A DNA stretch of 64,000 bases from Leidyana gryllorum EB-2025a (taxonomy: Eukaryota; Protista; Apicomplexa), in NCBI GenBank assembly GCA_048772705.1, contig JBLWGC010000043.1, positions 124,001 through 188,000 of the forward strand, given 5' to 3'. Positions 35,900 through 50,108 of the stretch are shown here, one piece after another. Under the pieces are notes generated by a model, which saw only the letters and a list, made by a program, of their open reading frames with translations, ran no database searches and was not told where the DNA came from. A program made the translations under genes and the position numbers. Each line of letters begins with the position of its first letter. Within the stretch, counting starts at the first letter, position 1.

Positions 35900-38800
35900 C
35901 TTTAGATGAGGAACATTCAGATCAGGGCCAGCTTACCACGCCACGAAGTCATCATCCTACCATGGATGACTTTTCAGATCAATGTGGCCAGGACAGTGTT
36001 CCAGCGGAGGGCATACCCGCCTAAGGTTGAGCTGGAGCTGTTATGTGACACCAGGAAGAGCTCTAGCTCTGGACTGGTTGAGACATAAATGCGATCGGTT
36101 CCGGAGAGTCTCCCGACGGTCGGACTACGTCTCCCCGATAAGCGACGATCGCATGAAGGCCACCTTCGACCTGTGTCTCCCAGGCGATGTCCGCAGGCAC
36201 CTCCACATCCACGCTAGAGCGACCAGCTTCGAGGACTACGTAGCACAAGCAGCCCGAGCTGAAAGCTGCCCGCGAGGCCCTGGGGAGCCCCTCTTTGTAG
36301 GAGAAGACATGGCAGAGACAACGACGCGTAAGCCTGGCGAGTGTAGCGCTTGCGGAGCACAGGGAGAGCATTGGGCCAAAGACTGCCCCATGCGAGGCTA
36401 CCGATGCAACAATTGCGGGCTCATCGGCCACATCTCTAGGGCCTGCCGCAACCTAGCCCGAAAAGACGTGCACAGCCGAGTCTAGCACCGAGTGGAGAGC
36501 AAGCCCAGCGGGCTGCGAGTCACAGCCAAACAGGGCCGTTCTCGGCGAGACGCCACTCTGACAGCAGACGCCATCCTGCGCGGTCTCATCGACGCCATGA
36601 CAAAGTCCTCCCAAAAGCGCACCAGTAGCGCCGAGAGAAGCTGCAGGCAGCAGGCAAGAAGGTAAAGCCCCGAAGGCCCATTACTACGGCGGCGGCCCAG
36701 GCCGCCGAGACTTCATCAGAAGAAGACTCGCCAGACGAGGACGCAGTCGACTCCGAACAAGAGGAGGTAAGAGAGTTAGTGGAACAGGCGCTACTAGCCG
36801 CATTTCCACCAGGAGAGGCTAATACCGCGGTAGTGGAAAACAAGAGGCCCTCAAGGCTGCAGCCCGCATAGGTAGCCGGGATTACGAGGTGCTAGTGGAC
36901 ACGGGAGCCAGTTACAGCCTGTGCGGCGCGGAGCTGGCGGAGGACCTAGGCCTCCAGCCCACGGGCAAGGAGCTGTTCTTCGTCAGAGCATTGGCCTACT
37001 TGTCGGCATCCGACACCTCGATCATGGCTGCTTCTTCGGGTTTGAGAAGGATGTGGTGACCGGCTATGATCCGGGGGCAGATGACCAAAACAAGGAGGCT
37101 GAAGCGAAAGCCACCTTTGCGGCCATCTCCACCCACCTAGCGCCTCAGAGGGCTGAGGAACTCCGTGAGATCTTTTGAAGCCATAAGACCGCCTGGTTCG
37201 AACCACGAGTAGGAGGGGTCAAAACCCAAGCCTCCTTCGAGGTCAGCGGAAAGCCTCTCACAAGGCCAAGATCCGCCCCCTCAGTAGCGAGCTCAATGAG
37301 GAGCTCGAGAAAAACAGATCGTCAGGATGTCGAAAGCAGGGGCGCTACGCCCCTCCAAGAGTCCGTGGGGAGCAGCACCCGTCTTCGTCAAGAAGCAGAC
37401 AGGGGAGTGGGGTATGGCAATAGACTACCGACCGGTGAACGCGCGAATGGTGGAGGACGCGTACCCACTACCCCACGCGTGGGACCTCTGCCAAACGGCA
37501 GCCGGTCACAAGTTTTACACGGCACTCGACTGTGCCAATGGATTTTGGAACATCCCGCTGGCGGAGGAGAGTAAACCATATACAGCGGTAGTGTCCCACC
37601 TCGGAGCCCACGAATTCAATGTCTTACCCTTCGGCATTCGCAATTCCCCCGCCGATTGCCAACGAGCCTTAGACGCGGCCTTCGGTCACATCCGCAACGC
37701 CACCCGTTATATTGACGATATAACCGTATGGGGGGATGACGAAAGCGAGCATGATAAGACCCTGGTAGAAGCCCCCAAAGCTGCCGAAGCGTCCGGATTC
37801 TTCTTCAAGTTGAAGAAGACAGAGCTGTGCAAGCCGGAGATCAATATGCTGGGGCACATCGTGGGGACTCGAGGGGTCAGACCGAGCCCATCGAAAGTCA
37901 AGGCGATCGTAGACGCCCCCATTCCCCGGAACCTGCGAGACCTGCGAGGGTTTCTTGGGATGGCAGGGTACCTCCGCCGGTTCGGAGAATTGGCCGAACC
38001 GTTGACCCGGCTGACGAAGAAAGGAGTGCCTTACAGCTGGGGCGGAGACCAACAAGCAGTTTTCGAAGAGATTCGCACGTGCATAGCAGAGGCTACCATG
38101 CTCGCCGTGCCTATGGCGCAGGCCCTCTTCGTTATCATGACCGATGCGTCCGACATAGGGAGAGGAGGGGTCCTGCTGTAACTACAAAAACATGCGTTGG
38201 TGACCATCGAGTTTGCGTCCAACAAGCTGAGCGACGCCGAGAAGAAATGGTCGACCTCGGAGAGAGAAGTCTTCACGGTGGTGTGGGCTGTCAAACAATT
38301 CCACGACTACATTAGGGCACGACGCACCTACCTGCTCACCGACCACGAGGCACTGAAGTATTTCAACCAGATGCAAACGGGGAAATTTCTGCGGTGGTCA
38401 CTGGTTCTCCAGCAGTATGACCTAGTGTTCCTATACGTCAAGGGAGACTGCAACGTAATCGCAGACTACCTCTCAAGACAGCCTACGCGGCCGAACCGGG
38501 TCGACCGATGGCGCCAGTACCCCGCCTCCCGAGCCTAGAGGAACTCCGCAAGCATCTGAAAAGCGTACCCGTCCTGGAAACGAGTAAGCTGCTTCCGGGG
38601 CCTGAGGGACTAATCATCGACGCACGCACAGCCAAGCTTTACGTGCCTCCGTCACTCCGAGAGACGATCATGTACTGGTTGCACGTCGGCCGACACGGCT
38701 CGCACGTAGGAGTACAGAGAACCATCCGTTGGATGAAACGCTGGGTGTATTGGCCCAATATGGCCCAAGATGTCCGGCAGTACATCGGGAACTGCCTAAT

Positions 38801-39282
38801 CTGCCGACGCGTCCGCAGCCCACGAGTGAGGGGCCTGGTAGGAGCGCTCTCCCAACCCCTTCCGCTCGAAGTAGTGAGCTTAGACCATGTGGGCCCCTAT
38901 ACTTGGAACGGGATCGGCTACCAGGTACTCGTGGTGATAGACCACGCTACCCGCTTCATGACAGCCAAGGCCATGCCGGGCCGGATCACTGCCGAGCAGA
39001 CCATGCTCTACTTCCGTAACCAATGGGTCCACATCTTCCAAGGACCCCGTGCCATTCTCACCGACAGGGGCCCAGCATTTACGGGCGAGTGCTTCACTAA
39101 GTTCGTAACCCACGACCCGGGAGCAGCCCACCTCTTCACCAGCGCGCACTACCCCCAAGGGAACGGCGAAGAAGTCGACTTACATGAGGCGGTGGATGGC
39201 ATCGTGTGGTGCTACAATGCCACCCCCCACGGGACGACCAACCAGTTCCCCTACTTCGCAATGTTCGGCTTCGAGCCGATTC
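35900..39282 (+). mobile_element. Decayed Gypsy element of a distinct lineage (gag to integrase)
   Basis: Two zinc knuckles (incl. CNNCGLIGHISRAC), LVDTGA, YIDD, TDASD, integrase TDRG. Confidence 0.88.
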
Positions 39283-39464
39283 TGTAAGAGTCTGGGCCGT
39301 CCTCGTCTAGGTTCGGCGTTACAGTGGTTTGTCCTGGCGACCTTTGGGTACGTTTCACCATGTTGTTCTATCTCCCCGTTCCCTGTCTCTGTATCCCCCG
39401 TGTCTACTCGCTTTCTAGGAAAACCCGAGTGAGTGTGTGTGTGTACTTTACGGTGTACCTTACA
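39283..39464. mobile_element. LTR with unmatched flanks
   Basis: TGTAAG...CTTACA; joins two different integrase regions. Confidence 0.7.
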
Positions 39465-41141
39465 ACGACAGCAAACGCATCGGAAGGAATGAGCTTAGAA
39501 GCCGAACTGCGGGTTGCATGGAGAGAGCACAAGGACAAAGCGGGTAGGTGCGAAACAGTACAGTGGATTCAGGAACTACCGGTCACGGAAGATGGGTGCA
39601 TTGAGCTACCACCCGTGGAACAACTTATCAAACACATTATTAAGGACAACCACGATAGCAGACTAGCCGGCCACTTGGCGGCTGACAAGACAGCCGGACT
39701 GATCCGAGCCCTATTCAACTGGAGAGGATTGAACACAGATGTCATAAATTACTGCCGAAGCTGCGAGATCTGCCAAAAATCAAAGAAGAGGAGCCATAGA
39801 CCTTACGGACTACTTCATCCGCTGGGGAATCCCACGCTTTCGTGGACAGAAGTCGGCATAGACTTTTTGGAAATGCCAAAAGACGAATCGTCAGGAGAAG
39901 ACTATGTGATGGTCGTCGTCGACCGACTAACCAGACGAGTTCGCCTTGCGGCATGCAACAAGACCATTTCAGCGGCTGAGACAGCACACCTTTTCCTAAC
40001 AAATATTGTGCAGATACACGGCTTACCAAGCAAGATTGTCTCGGATACAGACAGAAGGTTCATGGCAACAGTATGGCAGGAGGTGGCCCGATCATTAGGT
40101 GGTACACTGGCCCCATCCACTAGTCGACACCCAGAAACGAACGGATTAGTGGAAAGAGCTGATCGTTCAATCATACATCAATCATACAAATGCTCCGATG
40201 CGCTTTAATGGGCTATGGAGGCACGTGGGTGGGACACTTGATGGCCACGGAAATGGCTTACAACGCAGCCCCACCAGCCTCAACTAAGTTCTCCCCACTT
40301 GAACTCGACACTCGCCGGATCACCTTTCTACCCAACAACCTCTTAGATCTTGCAGCACAGCGCAGGGTGACTGGCAAAGTGTACCTACAGCCAGAAGCGC
40401 TCCGCGGGCAAACACAGGCTGAATAAGGAGTTCACAGTAGGAGAGCGCGTATCGACTAGCCCACGTACCGACATCCAAGCTCACGTCTCCCTTCTGCGGC
40501 CCCTTCACCATTCTGCAGAGAACCAGCGACGACACGTACCTCCTCGACATACCCAGCTCCTGGGGGATCTGCCCGAAGTTTCACACTAGCAGACTCGAAC
40601 AGTACCACGAGAATACTGGCGACACTGAACCAATCACGATAGAAGAGGACGATGAAGGAGAGCAACCGAACGGACAGATGAAAGAGGACGAGCGCTTATA
40701 CATAATGCAGGAGATTGTGGGATGGCGCGAGACCGATAAGGGACTCGAATATAAGGTGAAATGGGTCGGACAACCCGACCCAGCATGGAAACCAGCCAAC
40801 AACGTCAAGGAGGCCGATGGACAAGACCTCATTGAGAACTTCATGAGAAAGTGGAACAAGAGCTTCCCCAAGAACCCATTCATCTTAGGAGAAGGGGGAG
40901 GAGTGTAGACAAGGACACTTTAGTTTAGTTAGTCACTGACCAGCCGCAGCTGGATCAGCATCATTAGAGGGTGTCTCCGAGGCCGGTAGACCGGGCACAC
41001 ACGGAGACGCGGGATCTACAAACACAGATTAGTCATTACAAAACTTACTAACGAACGTACACATGCCATTGGAGCTACGCAGCAGCCGGCGGCTTAGCCG
41101 TCAACCCGACGCCACGGCAACCTGTGGGAACCGGGGTTACA
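39465..41141 (+). mobile_element. Gypsy 3' half: integrase, chromodomain, PPT, 3' LTR (40904-41141)
   Basis: HDSRLAGH..CEIC, YKVKWVGQPDPAW, AGGAGAAGGGGGAGGAG then TGTAG...TTACA. Confidence 0.88.
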
Positions 41142-41983
41142 CTTAAGAAGGACACCCCAGTTCCTAGACTGGTGGTCAATTATAAAGCCCTGAATGAAAA
41201 GACGATACCTTACACTTATCCGCTCGCCCGAGCGGAGGAAATAGCAGCCTCAGTCCGGGGTTCCACAGTGTTCACAAAGCTCGACATGCAGTCGGGTTAC
41301 AACCAGATACACATTCGACCCGAGTCACAGGCACTCACTGCCTTCGTCACCCCATTTGGCAAGTTTGAGTACACGGTACTTCCCTTTGGCTTACGGAATG
41401 CTCCGGGAGCCTTCGTAGCCGAGATCCTGGAAGAGGCGATAGGACGCCACGTACGTGGATGATATTCTGATCTACAGCAGAAATAAGGAAGAACATAGAA
41501 CTCACCTTAGACAGGTCTTGACAACGCTCAAGGAGCACAAGTTGAAAATACACGCGAAGAAATCAGCATTTTTCCCGACAGAAGTGGAATTTATCGGGCA
41601 TAAGCTGGACCAAAACGGACTCACGCCAGATCCAGAACGAATGGGAGTATTCAGATATAAGCACCCCCCGGACACGATGAAAGAACTGCGGAGGATATTA
41701 GGGAGAATGACCTATTACGGAAGATTTATTCCAAAATTTGCCGAACACACTGCACGATTTCACCAGGTCATCGCGGCCCAAACCCCCAAGGAGAGAATTG
41801 AATGGACAACAGAAACAGAGCGAGAGGAGGATTGGAGGAAACTCACAGGACAATTCCATCCTAACCTCCGATTGGGGCTGGTAGACTCATCGGCCACCTT
41901 CGTGGTACAAACGGACGCATCGGAGAGAGCAATAGTGGCAGCACTGGTGCAGGAGAAGGCCAACTCGGATACAGTGGTGATCG
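41142..41983 (+). mobile_element. Gypsy RT-RNase H fragment (family of 13341-14689)
   Basis: KKDTPVPRLVVNYKALN...TDASERAI. Confidence 0.88.
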
Positions 41984-42082
41984 TGTAACCGATGTTAAGT
42001 TCGGCTAGCAGGTCGGTGCGAGCGCCGCTTCGTACTTGCGTGGTCTAGCTGTCGTACTCTGTCTGTCGTGTTTGCATGGCTG

Positions 42083-42309
42083 TGTAAGTTGGTGGCTCGT
42101 CCACCGGCGGTGCCTTACCGGTCTTGGTCTTGGTTCTCTGGGTAAGGGACTTAGGTAAGACTGACATTTTAGATCCCCTTCTGGTGGTGACCGTCATCGT
42201 AGATCGCACGTGCTTGTAATGGCGGTGTCTCCCTCCGGAGACACGCTGCTCATGTTCATGCACAATAAAAAGGGTTCACATAACTTAAGAGGTGGTGTAG
42301 TACCTTACA
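42083..42309 (-). mobile_element. LTR, copy of 23917-24142
   Basis: Direct sequence similarity; unmatched flanks. Confidence 0.82.
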
Positions 42310-44050
42310 GATGCCAGTACAGCCACTCCGAGTGCATCGCACAAAGGCGATGTTTCAATTGCGGCTCCACCGAACACATAGCGTGGAAATGTACGGAGCC
42401 GAGGGGAACAAAAGGCCCGCTTCGCAAGGAAGACCGAAAGGCGGAGATGAACCACCAAGAAAAGTCTTCGCGACCACAAGTCGGGATCTTCACGGGCCCC
42501 AGGTGTTGCTGGCGACGACACCGAGCAATGGGGAAGCCGAAGTGAAGACGTTCTCACAGATCAATGGACAATAGGACACTCGGAAAGACGACATGCGTAT
42601 ACAACGGTTGAAATACGACTCCGCATAGGAGGTGAAGCCCGAACGTTACAAACGACACCTCCTAAACACACGGGGTGGCTAGCGCAGAGAACGAATAGCC
42701 TATTTACCACGCAAGAGAACACCGACGGAAGGGAAACGTGGTGGAAAGGCTTGGATGTACCGGAAGAAGAAGTCTCAATATTCACCAATTACACGACAAT
42801 CCTGAACCAAAATACATCGTTACCCCCACAACGGTAGGGCATAGATCACATGATCATTCTACAAGGCGGAGAGGTGAAACCGTACGTCCAAGGCCCTTAC
42901 AGAGTACCACAGAAGTATTTGGAGGAGATGAGAACGCAAATCGCGGTACTCACACGGTCGGAAAGATTGTGCAGAGCACCTCGAGTTGGGCAGCGCCATG
43001 TATGTTCGTTCCGAAGAAAGACACTGAAGTACCTAGATTGGTGTGTGATTATAGACAACTTAACGCACTTACCGTGAAGACAGCCTCCCCACTCCCGTCA
43101 CCAGATGACGCGATACAGATGCTTAGTGGCGCTGAATGGCTCTCCACTCTAGATCTCAAGGCTGGGTATCATCAGATACGCATGAACCCGGATCACCAGT
43201 ACCTCACGGCCTTCGCGACTCACTGGGGCTTATATGAGTGGACGGTGATGCCCAATGGGCTCACCAACGCCCCAGCAACGTTCATGCAGCTGATGAATAA
43301 AGTGTTCCATGAGCTAATTGGAAAATGTGTATTCGTTTACCTGGATGACGTATTGATCTTCTCCTGTTCGAAGGAACAACACCGCGAAGACCTGAAAGAA
43401 GTGTTGAAACGACTGGAGGAGCACAAACTCATCATTCACCGAAGAAAGTCACATTTCTTCAAGAGACACCTGGAATACATCGGTCATGAAATAGGAGAGG
43501 GAGGCGTACGCCCTTACCAGCCAAAAGGACGCCCTGGGAGGCATTCAACACCCACGAACATTACGGCAACTCCAAAGTATACTAGGAATGCTAAATTATT
43601 ATAGACGATTTATACCAAATTTTGCGCAGACTGCGAAACCACTCTACGATCTCGGACGCGCCAAGGCGAAGCCACACGACCATGTGGAAACAACGCCGGA
43701 CTCTCAGAATCCACTGGACAGGCTCAAAGCGGAGCTACGGAACGCAGCGAAAACTAACATTCCCAGATCCCACGAAAAACGAACTAAATATGCACACGGA
43801 CGCTACCACGGTAGCTATCGGAGCTGTATTACAGGCAACCGGCATCCCCCCTCCGGTGGGCCGGAGCGCCTACATCTACTAGGAAGTCTGTGTCTCGGGG
43901 GACCGGTCCGGCCGGCCGGGGAGACACGAACACGCGAACACACACAGTTTTTGAGTGACTACGTGCGATACGAACTACTACAAAACATGGACTTACGAAA
44001 CGGCAAGGTGCTAGGCGGCCTGACAACGGACACGGACAAGCCGTGTTACA
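42310..44050 (+). mobile_element. Gypsy fragment (gag CCHC, RT) ending in an LTR remnant (~43835-44050)
   Basis: CFNCGSTEHIAWKC, YLDD, MDLRNGK...GTTACA. Confidence 0.82.
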
Positions 44051-44052
44051 CT

Positions 44053-44400
44053 ACTCGTTTGTCACTTGTTTGTTACTTGTTTGACACTTCGTTCCTAAGT
44101 GTTTAACACTCATTTGCTACTTGTTTCGCAGATGTTTGTCACTTGTTTGATACTTGTTTGGCACTTGTTTGCGACATGTTTTGCGACATACTTGACAGTT
44201 GTTTGACACTTGTTTGCGACATGTTTGCTGCTTGTTTGCTACCTTGTTTGCGACATGTTTGGCACTTGTTTGTGACATACTTGACACTACATGTTTGCTG
44301 CTTGTTTGCCTCTGCTTGTCTGCGACTTACTTGACACTTGTTTGCGACTTGTTTGCCAGTCCTTTGCGAGATGTTTGCTGCTTGTTTGCGACTACTTACG
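44053..44400 (-). repeat. Degenerate 11-bp minisatellite, inverted relative to 24661-25090
   Basis: About 30 ACTTGTTTG-containing units. Confidence 0.9.
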
Positions 44401-47400
44401 AGTAGTTCGTAAGCCATATACTACTTTGATTCTGTTCCACTAAACTCTCAACTTTACTTTCAATTCTCCTCTCCCCCCGCCCATTAACACATTCCATTGT
44501 CGTCGTACATCTTACTCACAACCAATTACTCGTAACATTGATGCCCTTGGTTCGTTCTTGGACCTAACAGATACGTGAAAACACTCGATCTGACTGCTAC
44601 GCTCTCCTGACTCTCTATCTGTATCTTCTTCATCCTCCCTCTCTGGACTCTCCTCTCCACCTCCCTCATTAGCCACGACGCCCCTTTTTGGTATCTCAGA
44701 ACCTTCCACACCCGATTCGAGCGGCCAGACGCCGCCCGCCCCTGCAGCATCTTCTAGCTTCAACGTCCTCAGCTTGTTTCACTACCATGCGTTCCAACCG
44801 GTTTGCCATACTCATCATCATTCTCTTCATCTCCTCTATTTCCCCCTTAAGTCTCCATCCGGCGCCTCTATTCTCGGTCCTTCGTCTCGCCTACTTAGCA
44901 CGAGAGGTCCAACACCAACTTCCCCTTACCCCTTTACAGTCCTCGCACGCTTCGCAACTTGACCCAGCTCCGACTCCCTGATGTTGATTTTGCGCAACCG
45001 GTCATTCATCTCCGCTCTGCGTTTCGCAACCCTCTTCTCTACTTCCTCAGCCATACGAACGAGCTCTTCCGTGTCACGATCCGTCATCGGTTCGAGCTGC
45101 GCGGCTTGAACACATCATTCACGTTCATGCACAGTGCTTGGATATCGATTTGAGTGCCAACTATCACTGGCGCTTGGAAGTACTGGCACGAAGAGATTAA
45201 GTACCAAGCACTCAAGTTAACTCGCCCCCTCACTCCATCGAACACTTCAGCTGCTTCCGCCACCTCCTCTAGAGCTCGCTCCAACGTGTTGTGGTGACGA
45301 TACCTGCAACCATCGCGCAACTTAGACTTCACATCATTTCCCTGATCGAAGAATAAGTGCTTCCTCACGTCTGAGAAGCACGAGATCACAACAGGAGCAA
45401 CAAACTCAGGTGAGCGACCAACGTAAATCGTGTCTTGCAACACCTTATTAATCATTTACTGCATGTTTTGCTTCTTCTCACTCGTCACCACCGCGCTATC
45501 CTCTCGGCGCTCCTCCACTCCACTCTCGCGACTGGCTGTTTGCATCAACATATCGCTCGCGTCCACTCTTGCAGTTTGACGACGGCGGGCGTTGCTGCAT
45601 CAGCCGTTTCAACGCAAGGTAACCCGTCGGAATATCCGAACTTGATGTATTCTTATCCATCTCAACAAGCTTCTCTGTAACAGTGGATGATTTGAGTACA
45701 ACAATCAATATTTGACAAAACAAGCTGTCCTACAAACCACAGTGTTCTGTCTACTGTCGTGTTCATCCTATCCTTTACCCAATTTTGACTACTGTTCCTT
45801 TAGATGAATCAGCCACTCCAAGATGAAACTTTCGAAGAGTTACAACGCATTTGGAGAGTTCAATCATTGCTCATCCAAGCACCAACACTTCAAGACCAAG
45901 CTCATGCGTGGAGCGCAATCAGACAAGCAAGAAATACCTTACTTAAATCATGGGTCGCTGCTGGCATCCTTATAACAGCCGATTCTCCACTTCATTTCGG
46001 CGCTCTGACTATACCCAACCTATCATCCGGTGTGCAAGCAACGTTATCAATCCACTACCCGACCTCTTCCTTCTCAATTTATCCATGATTGAGAAACGAG
46101 CCATCGCCCTCGCACAACCTTGCGTGTGGCTGAAGCATTACTCAGCGATTCACTCAACTATAGCCGTATATCACAAGTATACTGATCTATACGCCTTCTC
46201 CGAGCTCATTCCACTGGCTGAACGCTCCCAAGTCATACCAGCCAAGTTTTACTTCAATACACAGAGTTTCCACCCCCACTTCTGAAAGCTGAACAGCAGA
46301 AACATCATTCACGCGTTCAACCTATTATCTCTCCGAGATTCCCGCTACGGGACCTCCCACATACAACAAAATCTGCCCGACAACCTTCCAGAGCTCGAAG
46401 TCACTGAAACGTCTCCTCATACAGGACAGATTGAACGCTCCACACTCGAGACTACAGCCCCGCCTGAAGCTCCCTCCATACTGATGGGATCCACGGAGGT
46501 CAACTATCAAGCAAATCCGTTCGAAGACAAAATCTACTCTCATCCTAGTGGCGTTTCATCACGGTATTACTTCAAATCTCCGTCTCACGATATAGAGTAC
46601 GACTCGTTCCCACACTTCTTGTACTCGTGTAACGGCAACACGAGTTATCAACAACTCCTCAAGCACTCAACTTCTGCTTCCCGTCGAATACCAATAACGC
46701 AATTCAGCACATACCCAAGAATCTACACCTCTCAACATATATCAAGCAGCGCCTGTCTAGTTATCGTCTCGAATATATTCGCGACCACCTATACGTCTTC
46801 ACTCTATTGTCAGCTAAACTCAAGGGAACAGTATCCAAGAAAGGGCAATTCTGGATTCATTAAGAAGTGCATCATCGCCACATCTCAACCACTCCACCAG
46901 ATGACACTCAAGACCCAGAAACACACTTACACTCCACAAGAGCCACTCGCAAGATACTCGACCGAGAAATTGTACGAGAACTCGTTGACATGGTTCGCAA
47001 TAACAAGAATGTATCACACCATCGCATGATTCGAACGGTTCTTGCTACTATTCCGCAGTTCCCACCCTATTTCGTCAATTCCAGATATCAACTCCAGAAC
47101 ATGATTGCGCCCTTTGGGGTACCGTCAATCTGTAACCTATGCACATGAATAGTCAGCTGAATATGTGCGCAGACTTCAGATACGCTAGAGCTTGCTATAG
47201 TATAGATTTAGGTGCATACGTGGTGTGATGTATTTTGGATGATTTATTGGGGCAGTTGCCCAAATATGACATACATATTATTTAGATGGCTTAAAGTGGC
47301 TAAAGTGGTTCAGTGGCTAGTGGCTCAAGCCATCGACGAGTGTGATAACATACTATGGAGTTACGCAGTCAGACAGAGTTGAAGAAATCCCAGCAGATGA

Positions 47401-47704
47401 CGGAGCCCAATTCTCACAATGGTAGCAGTGCGTCTACAGGAAGTACACAAGAATCGAACAAGGAAAGTACAGACATTGGAACAGACCCGCGAATAGTACA
47501 GTCAACACAGGAATCAGCAGACATAACGAACCTCACGAACTTCATAGTTGAACTCATCAGAAGCAGTCAAACGGAGAAACGAACAGCAGAAGCACCAAAA
47601 AGGGATGCGGCATGGGCACTGCGGACACAAGACCACTTTAATGGATTGGATGAAGTCTCAGTGCGAGACTGGATTCACCATGCGTGTGTACCCAAGAAAG
47701 ATAC

Positions 47705-47946
47705 TGATATTGCAAGGATTACACCTCTTAGATAGCTTGTGAAACCACCCTTTTTTAATATGCATGACCTAACTAACCGCCCGGCCGGAGACACGGTGGG
47801 TACAAACACAGCACACGCACGCAACTAGTTAACTGGACTTACCATGACCAGACGAACCAGCCGGCCCAGTATACTTCCCAGATCATTTGCCTTGAAGGGT
47901 AAGAGAACTGCCAAGGCACCGGCCCCAGAAGAAGCCCAGACTTACA
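47705..47946 (+). mobile_element. Solo LTR related to 23917-24142
   Basis: Interrupts VPKKDT|PRLVCDY; atac on both flanks; ends CTTACA. Confidence 0.7.
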
Positions 47947-48950
47947 ATACCCCCCGATTAGTATGTGATTATCGAAGTCTGAATGCTGCCACTCGGCGAC
48001 TTGCGCCCAACATACCCAGGATGGAGGATGGCCTATCTGGAGTCCGAGGAGTCACTGTGTTCTCGCTCATCGACCTGAAATCAGGGTACTATCAGATTCA
48101 AGTAGAACCGGACAGTCGACACCTAACAGCGTTCGCAACAGCATGGGGAATCTACGAATGGGTAGCCATGCCAAATGGTCTGTACAACGCACCATCAACA
48201 TTCATGGCACTGATGCAGAAGGTTCTGGAGGGCATCATAGGAGTATTCGCCTTCGTATACTTGGACGACATCCTCATTTATTCTCAGTCAGAAGAAGAAG
48301 AGCATACTGAGCATCTCAGAGTCGTACTGGACCGACTAGACAAGCACCAATTGATTGCGCACAAACGCAAATCTCACTTCTACCAGTCAGAAATCCAGTA
48401 TATTGGACACCACGTGTCGGCCACAGGAATAACACCGCTACAGGATAAAGTTGAAGTTCTCAAATCACGGCCACTACCAACTACTCTGCGCGGAATGCAA
48501 CGAGGCCTAGGACTATTCAACTTCTATAGAGGCTTCATCCCGAACTTCGCAAGCGTAGCACACCCACTATACCAAGCCACCAAAGGATTGAAACGCCCAG
48601 CCGATGCCATCACAAAAATGAAATCACACATGCATGGAACCAACTCAAAGCAGAGCTAGTTGACTCACCTGAACTGTGGTACCCCAACCCGGATGCAAGC
48701 GAACTACACCTGACTACGGACGCATCCATCCACGCAATCGGAGCGGTATTGGAAGAGAAAGAGCCCGCCGGACCAAGACCAATCGAGTTCTATTCTCAGA
48801 CACTGTCAGGACCCGAATCAAGAGACGAAACAATGGATCCGCGGAATACCAATCGATGAGGATGGCTGCGTTATTGTACCACCAGACCCCGACATCATCA
48901 TGGATTTGATAAAGGAGCACCACAGCTCAAGATTAGCAGGACACTTTGGC

Positions 48951-49224
48951 TGTAAGAAGACGAACGGTCTTAGCGTGTAGCTGGAAGAGTTAACAAGAAA
49001 CAAGCTCTACTTATCTGTTGTCCAAAAATTCTAACTCTCCTGATGTTTCGCCTGTCCCAACGGTCCCTTTCCATGAATCCCGTTACTAGCCAATTGGGAC
49101 ACTGGGACTTGGGACTATCTCAGGGTTACGCTCCTGAGACCTTCGCTATGCTCATGGTAAGACTTGATATCGCTCCTCGAGACTGTCGTCTCGGAGTAGC
49201 AATCCGGAATATCATGTCCTTACA
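48951..49224. mobile_element. Solo LTR in integrase
   Basis: TGTAAG...CTTACA, TSD ttggc. Confidence 0.88.
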
Positions 49225-49695
49225 TTGGCCCTGAGAAGACACTCGGACGACTACGGTCAAGTTTCAACTGGCGCGGGATTGCAGCGGACGTAGCCCACTT
49301 CTGCAAGAATTGTCGAGAATGCCAACTAGCGAAGCACACAACCCAGAAACAAGCAGGCCTTTTGCACCCAATAGAGAACCCCCCTATTCCCATGGCAGCA
49401 CATCGGAATAGATTTCTTAGAAATGCCGACGGACTCTGCTTCACGACTGAACTACATCATGGTTGTTGTGGACCTAGCAGGCAGGCGCATTAGACAACTA
49501 CCACCCAGCAGGGGTTTCCATGACTTCGAAATCAGAGTCACCCCAGGACCACCCATATGCACACCGCCCTGCCACCTCAGAGAGAAAGAAACCCAAGAAC
49601 TCACCAAACAAATAGATGAACTACTGAGGGCAGGGAAGATTCGCCGATCCAAATCATCATGGGGAGCACCATGCTTCATGGTTCCTGTTGTGGTG

Positions 49696-49768
49696 TACCA
49701 GTTAGTGCAATGGGAAGTGTCTTGTGCTCGCAACCTGGAGGTCGCAGGATCGAATCCACGGCCCTGCA
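49696..49768 (+). promoter_or_regulatory. tRNA-derived unit 1 (initiator-Met-like), putative Pol III type-2 promoter
   Basis: A-box TAGTGCAATGG 49703, B-box GGATCGAATCC 49747. Confidence 0.75.
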
Positions 49769-49820
49769 CTTCGCCCTTGGCTAGCCACCTCGACCGGCAC
49801 ATGGCTGCCCTTAGTATTGT

Positions 49821-49892
49821 GATCCAGTAGTGCAGTGGTAACTACTCGGACTTGGGACCCGCAGGTCGGCGGATCGAATCCCACCTCGGACA
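49821..49892 (+). promoter_or_regulatory. tRNA-derived unit 2, putative Pol III type-2 promoter
   Basis: A-box TAGTGCAGTGG 49828, B-box GGATCGAATCC 49871. Confidence 0.75.
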
Positions 49893-50035
49893 ACTGTGCC
49901 AAGACCCCCAGGTGACGGGTGAGGGCAGGTCGAGGATGGAGGACGGGTGGGGGAGCCCCCAGGAGGCCCCACAGCGTCGTACACGCACGTCTAAGCTGCA
50001 CACTGGTCTGCAGTGCCACGACATGTTCGGCGACT

Positions 50036-50108
50036 GCGCCAATAGCACAATGGTAATGACTACGGACTTATGTTCTGAAGGTCGGTGGTTCGAGTCTCCC
50101 CGCGGACA
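50036..50108 (+). promoter_or_regulatory. tRNA-derived unit 3 (Ile-TAT-like), putative Pol III type-2 promoter
   Basis: A-box TAGCACAATGG 50043, B-box GGTTCGAGTC 50087; CTTATGT..GAAGGTCG shared with the Ile gene at 12369. Confidence 0.75.

Larger units (their letters stand above)
47131..49685 (+). mobile_element. Internally deleted Gypsy mosaic: 5' LTR (47131-47418), PBS (47420-47430), gag start, RT, integrase pieces
   Basis: TGTAAC...TCACA, TGGTAGCAGTG, YLDD in 47947-48659, HSSRLAGH. Confidence 0.82.

Noticed and set aside
46484-47029. Possible Mutator/FAR1 zinc-finger remnant
   Set aside because: Cys and His residues fall in different frames; no DDE domain follows.
49696-50108. LTR units as functional tRNA genes
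   Set aside because: Acceptor and T stems largely fail to pair; only the boxes and spacing are tRNA-like.
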